DNA of 64,000 nt from Octopus sinensis (taxonomy: Eukaryota), in contig NC_043002.1 of the NCBI RefSeq assembly GCF_006345805.1, forward strand, positions 110,546,001 to 110,610,000. Reading direction: 5' to 3'. This document shows positions 25,911 to 39,268 of the stretch, one piece after another. Made by a program: the position numbers and the translations under genes. Numbering within the stretch: position 1 is the stretch's first letter; the number at the start of each line of letters is the position of its first letter. A model generated the notes under the pieces. That model worked only from the letters and a program-made list of their open reading frames with translations. It did not search any database and was not told where the DNA came from.

Positions 25911-26696
25911 CTCATTTGCCACATTACATGCATATATTTTTACCATGTTACATGTATACATATTTTTACCATCTTACACGGATTCACTCCAGTAATCATT
26001 CTCACACAGACATTTCTGCTCACTGCCATCTCTGTACATACACTATATGCACAAACATGCTTCCTTGCGTACACAGACACAAGCACATCCTTGGTTGGTT
26101 ATCACCCACCTCGAGGTCAGCTCAATGTATAAAACTCACATTTTGCCTTCATAATTTTAGTGAAATGCTCCAAGGCTGTCTTATTATTAAAAGGTGATTT
26201 ATTCAATGACTAATGTGTTGTAGGCACAGAGATGAGGGGAAAGAGAAAGTGAAACATGGAGAAGAGAGGACTCTAAGAGAAAGAGATAGGCAGGAGAGAA
26301 AGGAGGAGAGGGAGAGTAGGAAAAGTCAAACACAGAAAAAGAATGAATAGGAACTAGAAAAACGGAGAGAGAAAGATGAGAGAAAGAAGAGAAAAAGAGA
26401 GTAAAACAGAGAAAGGAGGAGTGTAAAAGAGTGAAAAGGAGTCTGTTAAAAATGTGGCGTTTGGAATGAGAGTGAAGTATAAGATTTAAGGAGAGTGTAT
26501 TTAAAAGACAGAGAGAGACAGACAGACACACACACACACAGACAGATAAACAATACATAGGTTGCTAACTGCATAAAAGACATGGATGGCTTTGTTTATT
26601 TCTGGCATATAATAAATTTCACAAAACGCCACGTGCATTTGCCGGCTCTTGGCCTATCATTCAGTGTATGTGAATAGATGTCTGAGGGAGTTTGTA

Positions 26697-26716
26697 TCTC
26701 TCTCTCTCCCTCTCCA

Positions 26717-26761
<45 letters not shown>

Positions 26762-27655
26762 TAGATAGATATGTATATATATAGATAGATAGATATGTAT
26801 ATATAATATATATATATATAGATAGATAGATATGTATATATATATATATATATAGATAGATAGATATGTATATATATATATATATATAGATAGATAGATA
26901 TGTATATATATATATAATAGATAGATAGATATGTATATATATATATATATAGATAGATAGATATGTATAATATATATATATATATAGATAGATAGATAGA
27001 TAGATATATATATATATATAATATATATATATAGATAGATAGATAGATATGTATATATATATATATAGATAGATAGATAGATAGATATGTATATATATAT
27101 ATATATAGATAGATAGATAGATATGTATATATATATATATATATAGATAGATAGATAGATATGTATATATATATAGATAGATAGATAGATATGTATATAT
27201 ATATATATAGATAGATAGATAGATAGATATGTATATATATATATATAATATATATATATATAATATATATATAATGTGTGTGTGTGTGTGTATGTAAGTA
27301 TTTGTGTATATATATATATTATATATATATATACATACATATATATATAGTTATATATATATATATATACACATATATGTATATATATATGTGTGTGTAT
27401 GTAAGTATTTGTGTATATATATATAATGTGTGTGTGTGTGTGTATATATATACATGTATATATATATTGTATATGTGTGTATCTATGTATATATATATAT
27501 ATATATGTATGTATATGTATATATATATATATACATGTATGTATTTGTATATATAATATATATATCTATGTATTTGTATATATACACATGTATTTATATA
27601 TGTATATATGTATATCTATATATATGTATCTGTATATATATATATACATCTATAT
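26697..27655. repeat. Large compound microsatellite (TA)n/(GATA)n/(TG)n; similar arrays at 28028-28350, 40898-41112, 48945-49230 and 53045-53520
   Basis: Directly visible; source of the YIYI/CVCV pseudo-ORFs. Confidence 0.97.
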
Positions 27656-28027
27656 ACTACAAAGTAAGATAGGGGTTATGGGCGTAACCCACTATGGGAT
27701 ATCATTTATCCAATATACTGTTGGTAAACTACCCAAATTCTTAATACATAAATGTTTTTAATTGCAATGCAATTAATTCATTTATTGTATTAAACGGGTG
27801 AAGGTAAAAAAATATCTTTACCGTAAATTTATAATAGAAATAAGAAAATGGAGAAACAAATTCAGTTTGTTCATCAACTTACAGATATTACAATGTTACA
27901 TTATTTATTCATTTTACAAATGAGATCATCAAAAACATACAAAGATGTCCTCATCATTCAACATTATAATGCCCGTAAGTTGATGAACAAACCAAATATG
28001 TTTCTCTCATTTTCTTATTTGTATTAT
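27655..28027. mobile_element. Fold-back module between (TA)n arrays, probable Penelope-like pseudo-LTR remnant
   Basis: ~52-bp imperfect inverted repeat 27831-27882 / 27975-28027, with core GTTTGTTCATCAACTTAC / GTAAGTTGATGAACAAAC. Confidence 0.5.
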
Positions 28028-28115
28028 ATATCTATATATATATGTATCTGTATATATGTGTGTGTATATATATAATGTATGTGTATATATATATATATAT
28101 ATTATATATAGATAG

Positions 28116-28146
<31 letters not shown>

Positions 28147-28350
28147 GTATATATATGTATGTATATATGTATATATATGTATGTATATATGTATATATAT
28201 GTATGTATATATGTATATATATGTATGTATATATGTATATATATATGTATGTATATATGTATATATATGTATGTATATATGTATATATATGTATGTATAT
28301 ATATATATATAATGTATGTATATATATATGTATGTATATATATGTATATA

Positions 28351-28612
28351 TGTCCGCTTTCCATGCTAGCATGGGTTGGATGAATTTTGACTGAGGGCTG
28401 GTGAACCAGATGGCTGCACCAGGCTCCAATCTTGATCTGGCAGAGTTTCTACAGCTGGATGCCCTTTCTAACGCCAACCACTCCGAGAGTGTAATGGGTG
28501 CTTTTTATGTGCCACCGACATGGGGGCCAGTCAGGCGGTACTGGCAATGACCTCACTCAAATCTTTTTACACGTGCCACTGGCACTGGTGCCAGTGAAGC
28601 GACGTTGGTAAC
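28351..28612 (-). mobile_element. RTE 3' UTR (family B)
   Basis: GTCCGCTTTCCATGCTAGCATGGGTTGGA...TTTTTATGTGCCACCG. Confidence 0.85.
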
Positions 28613-29175
28613 TTACACAGCAACCAGCAACATTCATTCAGGTTCATCTCGACACTGTTTGTGAATCACTTCACCATGGTTAACAGTAAATACAACTTGC
28701 GAGAACATCCTGTATCAAGTGACCGGCAGCAGCATAGTAGCCACAGCTTCACGCACGACATGTGCTTCAACCGGTTCTGCTTCTTCACCACAACTTCTTG
28801 TTACAGCACTTCAACTATCGTGTACCTTGACTACGAACTGGTATTTATTATCATTGTGTCTGAACATTCTTCTAGCATCCTATTATAGACTCTTTCAATG
28901 CTCTGTACTTATCGCACACGCATACATCCATGTTTCTACATGCACACTTTGTATACATGATGGCCTGTCTGTTATTATGCATATATGATGCACACACAGA
29001 CACACATATTAACCTATTGATAAAATCTTCTCTTAGCATTCTACCGGTCGTGTCTCTCTTTTCCTTCTGACGCTTCTCCTCTTTTATCTCCTTTCGTATT
29101 TATTGCAATCGACCGTCTGGTGTATTAAAGGAGCCATTTCTCGTCACCTCTCCTCTGCACGGTCATTCTACATAT

Positions 29176-29547
29176 GCAATTTTTAACCAAGCACTGATTG
29201 AAATTGAAGATCAAGTTTTGGCCATGGGAGGCAAAAATTTGCAAGTTTCTCTCTTTCAGGACTGCCAAAAACAAACCATGAAATTAGTGATTTAACTTCA
29301 AGAGACATAACAAGAGAGACAAATTATGATATCACAGAATTGGCTGCATTTATGGATGAACATGAACCTAAACTTCTTCCAGAACAATGCTGTGCATAGG
29401 ATCCAATTTTTCGATCATTATTATTATTGTATTATGAATTCAGAATTAATTTCCCAATTGAGGAATAAATTGAAGTTAGAGTAACAAATTTCTATACAAC
29501 ATATTTTTGCTTTTTTCTTCTCAGGCAATGCCAGATGCTTCTGCTAG
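29176..29547 (+). mobile_element. Helitron RepHel remnant (linker before the Pif1-like helicase) joined to a Helitron-type 3' end
   Basis: AIFNQALIEIEDQVLAMGGKNLQ /frameshift/ GLPKTNHEISDLTSRDITRETNYDITELAAFMDEHEPKLLPEQCCA*DPI; decayed hairpin plus CTGCTAG|T at 29541-29548. Confidence 0.75.
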
Positions 29548-29657
29548 TAAATGATAAGAAATTAATAGAAATGAGAGTTGTGCATTTACTTTATACATTG
29601 CAACTTAATGACTTCCTTGTGCCTGATGAGATCTAACTAAATTTTCTATATCAGGAT

Positions 29658-29899
29658 GTGTCTTCTATAACCTCAGGCTGACCAAAGCCTTCTGAGTGGA
29701 TTTGATAGACGAAAACTGAAAGAACCCTGTTGTATATACATACATGTGTGCGTGTGTCTGTCTGTCTGTCTATCCCCCATAACTTAGTGGCTGATATAAG
29801 TACTGGGCTTAAAAAATAAGTCCTGGAGTCAATTTATTCAATTAAAAACCCCAGCATGGCCACAGTCAAATGACTAAAGTAAGTAATGGATAAAAGATA
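29658..29899 (+). mobile_element. 5'-truncated, internally deleted SINE family A
   Basis: GACCAAAGCCTT.TGAGTGGATTTG...CCAGCATGGCCACAGTCAAATGACT. Confidence 0.8.
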
Positions 29900-30759
29900 T
29901 TTGACTGCTGTTGTTTTGTCATTGTTAATTAGCCCCACATCAACCTTGGATAAGCAGACATATGATCAAGGTTATTCCAGTTATGACTATCCAGTCTTTT
30001 AAAAGATATCTTAAGACTATATAATGTTGTGCTCTTTCTTTTTAAGCTGGTGTGGTGTGACTTAAGAGAGATTTGATTGCTATTTGCATCATGTTGAATA
30101 ATTACACTGACATTCCCTTGTTGCCCACTGTATAAATTGGTTGTACACATTTTATATTAATGGTTCTTTTTAGTTGTTTCTCTTGCTATGGAATTTTATA
30201 GAATTCTAAGTAATATACTTTTCTTAATTCAAAATTGCTTTTGATGTTGATATTAATTTCGCAAATGTTTAACCTCAGACATATACTCTTAGAGTTGGTG
30301 TTTTATAGCTAAAATGCTCATACAAATGCTGACCACTCAGCCATGAAATGAGAATCATCTCTTTATTACAGTTAGGTCATGTGAAATTAGTAAAATAATA
30401 TAGAGCTAAAGACATAACAGAATATGAGCAATGGGTTTGAACCCACAACAGTTTTAATCTCTGCAACTCTTCTCAATGCTTAGGATACATTGTGCAAATC
30501 ACATTCTGCTGACATTATTACAAAACATTCTTCTAATATCCAAACCAATCAATGGACAGAAAAATTGATATGGTTATGTAGTTTAAGAATTTCACTTCAC
30601 AATGACGTTACTGGAGCTGATCCTGCTGTGCAGTTCTTTGGGCAAGTGTCTTTTATGCATTGACCAATACATAATGAGTAGTAATTGGTAGATAGAAACT
30701 TAGCACAAGTCCATCTTTTGTGTGTGTGTGTGTGTGTGTGTATCATCATCATTGTTTAA

Positions 30760-30979
30760 CCCTTTTGTTACCAACCTGGCTGAAACCGGCTCTGGCTCTG
30801 AGTACAAATGTCTTGTTTTCATAAGTTTTGAATTAAGATCTTCCACCAAACCTTAGTCACAATTTATGTTCCTAACACTAGCTTAATGATAACCAAGTTA
30901 TTTTACTAAATTCTTTACTATATTTAAAATAATTGAAAGAAACACGGAGCATCTCAAAATAAATACGGTAGCGTAAGGG
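30760..30979. mobile_element. piggyBac-type MITE, 220 bp, inserted in an RTE tail
   Basis: TTAA at 30756-30759; CCCTTTTGTTAC...GTAGCGTAAGGG|TTCA; closely similar to the 43960 copy. Confidence 0.85.
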
Positions 30980-31399
30980 TTCAAAGAACTGAGCTCCAAT
31001 GTCTGTTTTGGCATGGTTTCTACTGCCTAAAGCCAATCACATTACAGAGTTTAGTGGTTGCTTTTTTTTCATGGCATTACCACTATGAGGTCACCAAGTA
31101 CTCAAAATGCAAAAACCCCACCTTAACTAAGGGGTGTAGAATATTGAAGGAAATGCAAGTATAATAGAGGGACAGGAACAGGTGTTTTGCTGAAGAGAAG
31201 ATACAAGGCTATCCAGTTGGAAAAAGAGATGGTGAAGGCCTACCTTCAAGGTAGAAGGTGATATGAGAGAGAGAGGATAGGGATCAAAGAACAGAAAGAG
31301 CGGCAGGCAAGTTTGTATGAGTGTGAAAAAAGGGTTGCAGATGATTAGAGATGGGGATTGAGATGGATACAGTGAATGTCAGTTTTGTATGTGTGTGTT

Positions 31400-31820
31400 A
31401 TCGTCATTTAATGTCAGTTTTCCATACTGGCATGGGTGGGTAAGATGATTTTACTGGAACTGGTAAGCCAAAGAGCTGCACCAGGTTCCAGTTGTCTGTT
31501 TTCAGTTGGTTTCTATGACTGGATGCCCTTCCTAATGTCAACTACTTTACAGAATGTACTAGGTGCTTTTTACATGACATCAGCACTGGCAGCGACCACG
31601 ATTCACTTAGCTTGATGTGTCTTCTCAAGCACAGCAAATCAATAAAAGTTTCAATCACTTGTCATTGCCTCTGTGAGGTTCAACAACCGAAGATCATATT
31701 TCACCGCATTGTCCTACATTTTCTTGGGTCTAGCTCTTCCACAGGTTCTCTTCACAATTAAAGATCAACACTTCTTTACAAAGCTGTCTTCATTCATGAA
31801 CATCACATGACCATACCACT
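31400..31820 (-). mobile_element. RTE LINE ORF C-terminus plus 3' UTR, linking family B to RTE
   Basis: Minus strand WYGHVMFMNEDSFVKKC*SLIVKRTCGRARPKK...DLRLLNLTEAMTSD...AVLEKTHQAK*, followed by the family B UTR. Confidence 0.82.
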
Positions 31821-31831
31821 GACATACACAC

Positions 31832-31887
<56 letters not shown>

Positions 31888-34077
31888 CATACATTTATAT
31901 ATACACACACACATACACATGTATACGCATGAATATGCACACACACATATGGAGTAATGATAAAACTAAAAGCTGATAAAGTCTAAATAATAGCATGTAA
32001 ATATTGAGTTAAAAATCCCTATGGCTTGAAAAGAGTCGAAGGTTGCCCATGGGATGTCAACAGTATGTGTGTGTGTGTGTGTGTATAATACAAAAGCACA
32101 CAATATAAAAATATGTTATTTATCCGTTCATTTTATATTTTTATTCTGATAGTTTAATAATTTATTCTCTCCAAAGCTACTATCAGTTATGTCATGCATA
32201 GTTCAGGATTCTTTCAACTTTGAACCAAATAAATAAACAAACAAGTAAAAACACTGCTTTTCTCGATTTGACACCCGACTACTTTAACATCACCAGTCAA
32301 TTGTTGAGTACTGGGCAAAGTGTGTGTAGGGGTGGTCAGTTCTGTTGTCTGTCGGTGACATTTGCAATATATAATCTCCAGATTTTGACAACTGCTACCT
32401 GTCTGAATAAACAGAACTAATAAAAGTCTTCAACACTTGTTTGTTGCATGTTTTTGGTTTGTGGCAATTTCAAGAATGGATGCCATTTCTTGAAAAAAAT
32501 TTGCATAAAACTAAAGATTTTATATAAATGAGATTTTAGCAGCAATCTTTATGTGAAGTATCTCTGATGGATACTTCCTCTTCGGAAGTCTGCAGTGACA
32601 TCTCTGAATTGCAGCATACAATGTGAAGCATTAGGGAGATGGGGAAGGGGTATTGATCATTCCTTCCCCCCCCCCGCATCCCACTGTCCTCCACTATGTG
32701 TTGTTTCCCTTGTGGTGTTGTTGGGTGATTACTGTCCACATTACCCTGATCATTGAATGAGGGGAGCTGACAGCTAAAATCTCTCAAAAGTTTTTATAGC
32801 TTTCCACACAGTAATTAGTTGAATCTCGTAAATTTCATTGAAATTGTTCTCCATTGAAGTTGGTAGTTTGAAATTTGTATGTGTGTGTTTGTTTGTTCTT
32901 GTTTATTTTTAATGTGGGTAATTGGTTAAAACAAATACAAATTTGAATACTCTTGTTTATGGAACAGTTACTGTTTCTAGTCATTAATTTAGCATTTGAC
33001 ATTTCTATCGTGTAATTTACATATGTTAGGAGTGTGTGAATAGCAGAGGTGTTCTTTCTTTTAGTGTGTAAATAAATATTGATTTGAGGCATAGATTTGG
33101 CTGTGTGTTAGGAAGTTTGCTTCACAACCATGTGGTTTTTGGTTCCATCCCACTCTGTGGCACCTTATGCAAGTGTCTTTTACTAGAGTGACCAATAACT
33201 TGCCGGTGAAATTTTAAAATACTTTACATGAATATCAAGTAAGGTCGGTGATAAGAACAGCATCCATCTCATACAAGCATGAGAAAGCAGATGATGATAA
33301 TGATTTCATTAAACTAAACACCAAAACCAATTTTAAATGGAGAAAAAGATAGAGCCAACTGAATTGACCTCAGTATCTTACTGGTAGATCGTACTGGAGA
33401 GAGAAAAGCAATGACAGCTCAGACAGGATTTAAACTCAGAATACACAACCTGAAGCTAAATACTAAATAAATTCTATGAGAATTAATATTAGTTTCTTTT
33501 GACAGGATGCAAAGCTGAGTTTTATGAGACAATTGGAATGACACATGTATATTACTGGTACTTACAATCAATATGTGTGGGATTTGAACTAAGAACATAG
33601 AGAAGACAAAACTAAATATTACAAGTATGTCTACATTGGACACCCACTACTGATGGGCTTGAGTTCAGTTTCCATCTGTTTGATATTTATGGAATAGGTA
33701 TGCGAATTAAACAAAGTTTACTAAATTATTTTTTATTAATTACTTGTAAATTTATAAAAATTATCATTCATAGATTGAATTATTGCGTAAAGATGACATT
33801 AGTACTTGTACACAATTGTTTTGTTAAAATTGAGTATACGATGATTTGACTTAAATCATTTTTAATATGATTTAATTTCAATGAACTAAACAAATGTCTT
33901 GTGATAAAAAGGATGCCACAGAATGTGCAACATATAGTGATTCCAATATTTTGGTGCAACAACGCTAGTCCCATACTTATTAAGGTTTATTATGACATTC
34001 TGTAACTCTTTTGAATGTGCGCATTTTGCTATTCTACTTTTGTACCTTTTAAGGCAACACTTGTAATATTTTATATA

Positions 34078-34270
34078 TGTACCGGTGGCATGTAAAAAGC
34101 ACCCACTACACTCATGGAGTGGTTGGCGTTAGGAAGGGCATCCAGCCGTAGAAACATTGCCAGATCAAACTGGGCCTGGTGCAGCCTTCTGGCTTCCCAG
34201 ACCCCAGTTGAACCGTCTAACCCATGCTAGCATGGAAAATGGATGTTAAACGATGATGATGATGATGATG
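34078..34270 (+). mobile_element. RTE 3' UTR (family B) with (GAT)n tail and probable 8-bp TSD
   Basis: ATGTACCG at 34077-34084 and 34268-34275. Confidence 0.88.
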
Positions 34271-34523
34271 TACCGTATTTCTCCTAATGGTGTGGTAGCT
34301 AATGGGTGTACATCTGTGTGTGTGTGTGTGTGTATATTTGTGTGTACTTCTTGTGTGTGCATGTGTATGTGTGCTCTCGTGTGTGTGTGTGTTCTTGTAT
34401 AGTCCCACAGATCTTGTTTAATTTAGCTTTAAAATTAATAGAAATCAATGTCATTTATATTTCTTTCTTTTGCATTTCCTTTAATCAATAGTAAGTGTTA
34501 ATTTACATTTCTTCCTTTTTTCC

Positions 34524-34610
34524 ATGCATGTTGCAATATTTCAGTGCTTTGATGCATGTTGCAATTTTTCGGCTCTTTGATGCATGTTGCAATATTTCTG
34601 CTCTTTGATG
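34524..34610. repeat. 28-bp minisatellite, 3 units
   Basis: ATGCATGTTGCAAT(A/T)TTTC.G...TTTG x3. Confidence 0.92.
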
Positions 34611-36098
34611 GTTAAAAAAAACACCACATGGACTATTATAACTAATACAACTTTTTCAACATTGATCTCGCTTTCTTCTTGGAAATTTACGGATTTTACA
34701 TACATAAATGAAGCAGGTAAGAACAAATGTACAAGGCTTTTTTCAAGTTTAAAATGTGACATTGTTTTTGCTATATCTACATTCCACACACATAAATACA
34801 TAAAAACAGAACACGCTTGTGCACACACACACACACAAGCTTCCTCCATGCACATAAATACAAAAAAAAACAGAACATGCTCGCACGCACACACACACAT
34901 CCACACAAGAACACACATACACTCACTCACACAAGAACAAGCATGCACACACACATACACACACAGACGTACATGAAGACAGCTCCATGCCAAACTATCG
35001 TTCATAGGTTGATGAAGATTGAAAATTAACTAATAAAATGCAATCAACATGCAAATGGTCTGGACCCCTTACACTTTTATTTGCAAGCTAGGCATATATT
35101 GTCAAACACACAGTAGACTCAACTATAACATTCCGTTATTGGTCACTGCATGCCTGACAGATATGACAGATTTTTTTCACTTTTTATCTACCCAATTCAC
35201 TCACAAAGTTTTGTTTGGTCCAAGGCAATAGTAGAAGTCACTTGCCAAGCAGTGGGACTGAACCCAAAACCATGTAGTTGGAAAGTAACCTTATCATACT
35301 GCCATACCTGTGCTTACAAAAATATCTGAAAGAAATTATGCTGCTATGTACCTATATGTGTTAATGTGTTCCATTGCATTTTTTGTGAATATTGTATCCT
35401 TTATGTACTATGCTTACAAAAAGGAAGACAAAAAAGTCAACAAGATAGTTACTATAAGAATTCTGTGAAGGCTAAAAAACCACTGGTTTTTATTTTATTG
35501 ATCCTTATAGAATGAAAAATGAAGTGTTTTATTTAAATGGAATTTAAACAGGACATTTAAATAGAAGTGTAGCTGATAAAATGCACTTGCAGTGTTTGAC
35601 AGATATTCATTTTATTGGGATGAAAGGAAAGTCGAACTTAATTGGATTTTAACTCACAATACAAAGAGACATCATTTAATCTGATATTCTACTAATTGTG
35701 CCATTCACTGCTCTGATGACTACAACAGTGGTGGTAGTTGTTGCTTTTTTTAACATAGGCACAAGGTCTGAAAACTTAGGGTAGGGGAATATAGTAATTT
35801 ATATCAACCCCCAATACTTCACTAGTACTTTGATTGCCCTTGGGCTGATGAAAGATAAAATTGACCTCAGTGGAATTTGAACTCAGAATGCCAAGACAGA
35901 CAAATTGCCACTAAACATTTTGCCCAGCACTCTAACAATTCTGCCAGCTCACTGCCTTAATAATAATAATCTTTTCTACTATAGGCACAATTTGAACTCA
36001 GAACGTAGTGATAGACAAAATGCCGTTAAGTATTTTGCCCGGCAGGCTAACAATTCTACCTGCTCACCACCTTACATAATAATAATAATAATGATAAT

Positions 36099-37149
36099 AA
36101 CAAAAGCACTCAGAGAGTGCAAACCTCTGCCAATGCAACACCAATGTCTTCTCAACAATTAGCTGGAGAGGATTTTTAAAATGAGGATATCTGAAATAAA
36201 CTCGACTGCTCTCACAAACGAGAATACTAAAAATGAACCTGACAGCTCTCAAAAATTAAGTAAAAAAAAAACGGAACAATAATCCAGAATCCTTGTCCGG
36301 TATCCGATCGATCCCAATGGTGGTCAGGAAATGTGAAGATGGGTGTGCAGGCCATGTTTGAAATGCTATGTGTGTGTCATCTGTAGCAGGAACAGGGACA
36401 GTTTTCTCTATGAAGGCCTTTTTTAGTCTATCCACTGATATAATGTCTTTATGCCCATTAAGGTCTATAGTGAAAAATTTGTCTGTGCATAAAAGAAAAC
36501 TGAAAGAACCTGCATACGGTGCTGTTAACAGTTTAACAACATCATTGTGCACAAAAACATGAGTCCAAGAAGTAAAGCTTCCTTCAAGGCAGAGATAGAA
36601 ATGTAATTGTCAAGTAGGTAAGAAGTTTTAAACAGGAGCGATATATTCAAAATTGGTAAAACTAAAAATTGTCAAGAATAAATTAAATTTATTATTGTTA
36701 CTGAGTACGTTAGTGTTATTTAATTTCTGAGCAGTTTTGCTGCCATTTGTTTATGTAGTTTGAATTTTTAATCCATCAGTTTCTACTAAGATAGAGATGT
36801 GAGTAAAATTAATAATAGAGAAATGAAAATAAAACTTTGGAAACAGCAATGCTGCCATAACTTATGTGGAAACCATGAGCATGCTTTCAAGGGAGATAAT
36901 CAGAGAAAAACTTGAAAGTCAACATAAGATCGTAATACTTCATGTAAAGTAAATATAACAAATAATCCAGAATCCTTGTCTGGTACCGGATTGAGCCCAA
37001 AATCTAATCAGTTCGTGCCAGTCATGAGGCCAAACATCCCTGAAAGTTTCATCTGAATCCATACAGTGGTTCTTGAGATATCTTGTCCACGGATAAAGAA
37101 ACAAACACGACTGAAAACAATACCTCTGCCTTAGCGAAAGCGGAGGTAA
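36099..37149 (-). mobile_element. Helentron-associated non-autonomous element (HINE/DINE-1-like)
   Basis: Minus-strand 5' end TTACCTCCGC...GGCAGAGGTA (subTIR plus adjacent IR), then a GTTT microsatellite; 3' subTIR GGCAGAGGT, stem-loop GCACTC-TCT-GAGTGC, then TTTTGTT. Confidence 0.7.
36330..36600 (-). mobile_element. Ty3/Gypsy integrase C-terminal (GPY/F-like) fragment
   Basis: WTHVFVHNDVVKLLTAPYAGSFSFLLCTDKFFTIDLNGHKDIISVDRLKKAF, compared with THVFVR.D...PL.PPY.GP...VSIDRLK.A. Confidence 0.85.
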
Positions 37150-39036
37150 TAATAACAGTAGCAATAGGTCAGCAATTTGGAGGGATGGTGGCTGATTGAT
37201 ACCATCAACCCTAATACTTGACTGGTACTTTACCTTATCAATCCTGAAGGATGAAAAATAAAGTTGACCTTGCAAGGTTTGAATTCCAAATGCAAAGAGC
37301 TGGAAGAAATACTGCCAGGCATTGTTTCTGATGTTCTATTGATTCTGCTGATATGGCCACCTTAACAAGCAACAACAAAAGTAGTTCCTTTCCAGCTTTG
37401 TTAATATTGAATGCGTATACTTACACATGCACATACATAGCAACACTTGCGTATGTATGCATGCATGTATACACACAAAAACAGTCATGTTGATATGCAC
37501 ACATACATATTGTATATATATATATATACACACACACACATGTATACAAACATGTACACACACATACACATACACACACACACATACATAATCTCCCATT
37601 TAAATATAGACATATTTCTATTGAGGTAGATTGTAAAATATTGATGTCTCAAGAATTATTAAAGACAGTTAGTGTTACAAACCACTAATCCTGTTTAAGC
37701 AATTCAAGATATGACATATTCAGTAGGGAGTAGGGAAGGGTGTTAGTAATTAAAATGTCTCCTTGTGATATTTCTGCCATTTTCACTTTATTCCGTTATT
37801 GCATATATTATTATTGTTAAGTTGCTTTTGTCTTTGTGCTGCAAGGGAAATTTTGCTGATTCTCTATTAAAGATATTCCTTGGTGTTGCTGTTTAACCCC
37901 AGGTCAACACTGATGGAGCTGATCCATGATCAAAGGTATTCCTTTATGACCATTCCGTCTTTTTCCTATGCACAAAGGATTTAGGGCCACATTACTCAAC
38001 ATCTTTTCTCTGATAGTAGGGTGTGATTTAAGAGGAGAAGTTTAACTGCTATTTCTAAAGGCCTTATTCCCTTTTTGATGTTAATAGTGATGGTACTTTA
38101 ATTTTTTAAGGTGGTAGTGTTGTCGTTATTGGTGGTGGAGGAGGTTTTCCGCTTTAGGTCAGCTCTGATTGAGCAAGCTTACAATTTAGAATGTGGTCAT
38201 TTGATCTTTCTTTCAGACTTAGTATATTTAGGACAGCATCATTCAATGTGTTGCTATCTTTTGTTTTTAAGATGGTAGGATGTGATTATGAGGGAGGTTT
38301 GATTGCTGTTTCCAGTAGGTTGAGCAACTACATAGAGATGTTGTTGGTAATGGCAGCAGTGGCTGTGGTGGATATTGTTTTTAATAATTCCATAGATACA
38401 TAATAATTTTAGCTGACTCTTGAAATAATCAATACATATATGTTATTTTATTTTGTATTATTCATGCACATATGCATGCATATATGTCCTCTTTCTCACC
38501 TCTCATCTCCCTCCCTTTTGTCTCACTCATCCTTTTATTATCCTCCCATCCAGCTCATTCTTCTTCTTCTCCAGTTTCTACTTATATATGAGAGTGTTGT
38601 GTTACTGTGATTGTATGATGGTGGTGTTGTGTCATGTAGTGTGTTGTGTGGTGTGTTGTGATGTTGTTATGTCCTGTGTTGCAGTGTTGATATGTTGTCT
38701 TTTATGGTGTGTCTTTGTGTGGTGTCATAGTATGATGTTGTGTGTCTTATTTTGTTGTATGGTATGGTGTCATATGATGTAGTGCATTGTGTGTGGAAAA
38801 ATGATGTGCTTGAAGTGTGTATGAATGTTACATATGTGTGTATTTGTGGTGTGTCTGATGCATACATACATTTCAGAGGCACAATGTGGTAAACTATATA
38901 TTAATATAACACTTCAACAGGTTAAGCTGAACATAATTCACATATATCATTTTTATGAATGTATATTGTGTTTATACTCATTGTAGATGTTGTAGATTAA
39001 ATATTGAGTAGTTTTATATAGAATGAGTATATACCT

Positions 39037-39268
39037 ATTTCTTTACTACCCACAAGGGGCTAAACACAGAGGGGACAAACAAGGACAGACATAGGTATTA
39101 AGTCGATTACATCGACCCCAGTGCGTAACTGGTACTTAATTTATCGACCCCGAAAGGATGAAAGGCAAAGTCGACCTTGGCGGAATTTGAACTCACAACG
39201 TAACGCAGACGAAATACCGCTAAGCATTTCGCCCGGCATGCTAACGTTTCTGCCAGCTCACCACCTAA
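39037..39268 (-). mobile_element. SINE family C, 15-bp TSD
   Basis: TSD AATGAGTATATACCT at 39022-39036 and 39269-39283. Confidence 0.92.

Noticed and set aside
26723-28477. Long [12 protein letters not shown] ORFs (also at 40864-41246, 45403-45670, 48905-49362, 53030-53809)
   Set aside because: Translations of dinucleotide microsatellites, which lack stop codons; not genes.
37622-37640. let-7-like TGAGGTAG (also GAGGTAGTAG at 4331)
   Set aside because: Seed-only match without a hairpin; the 4331 match is RTE coding sequence (EVV).
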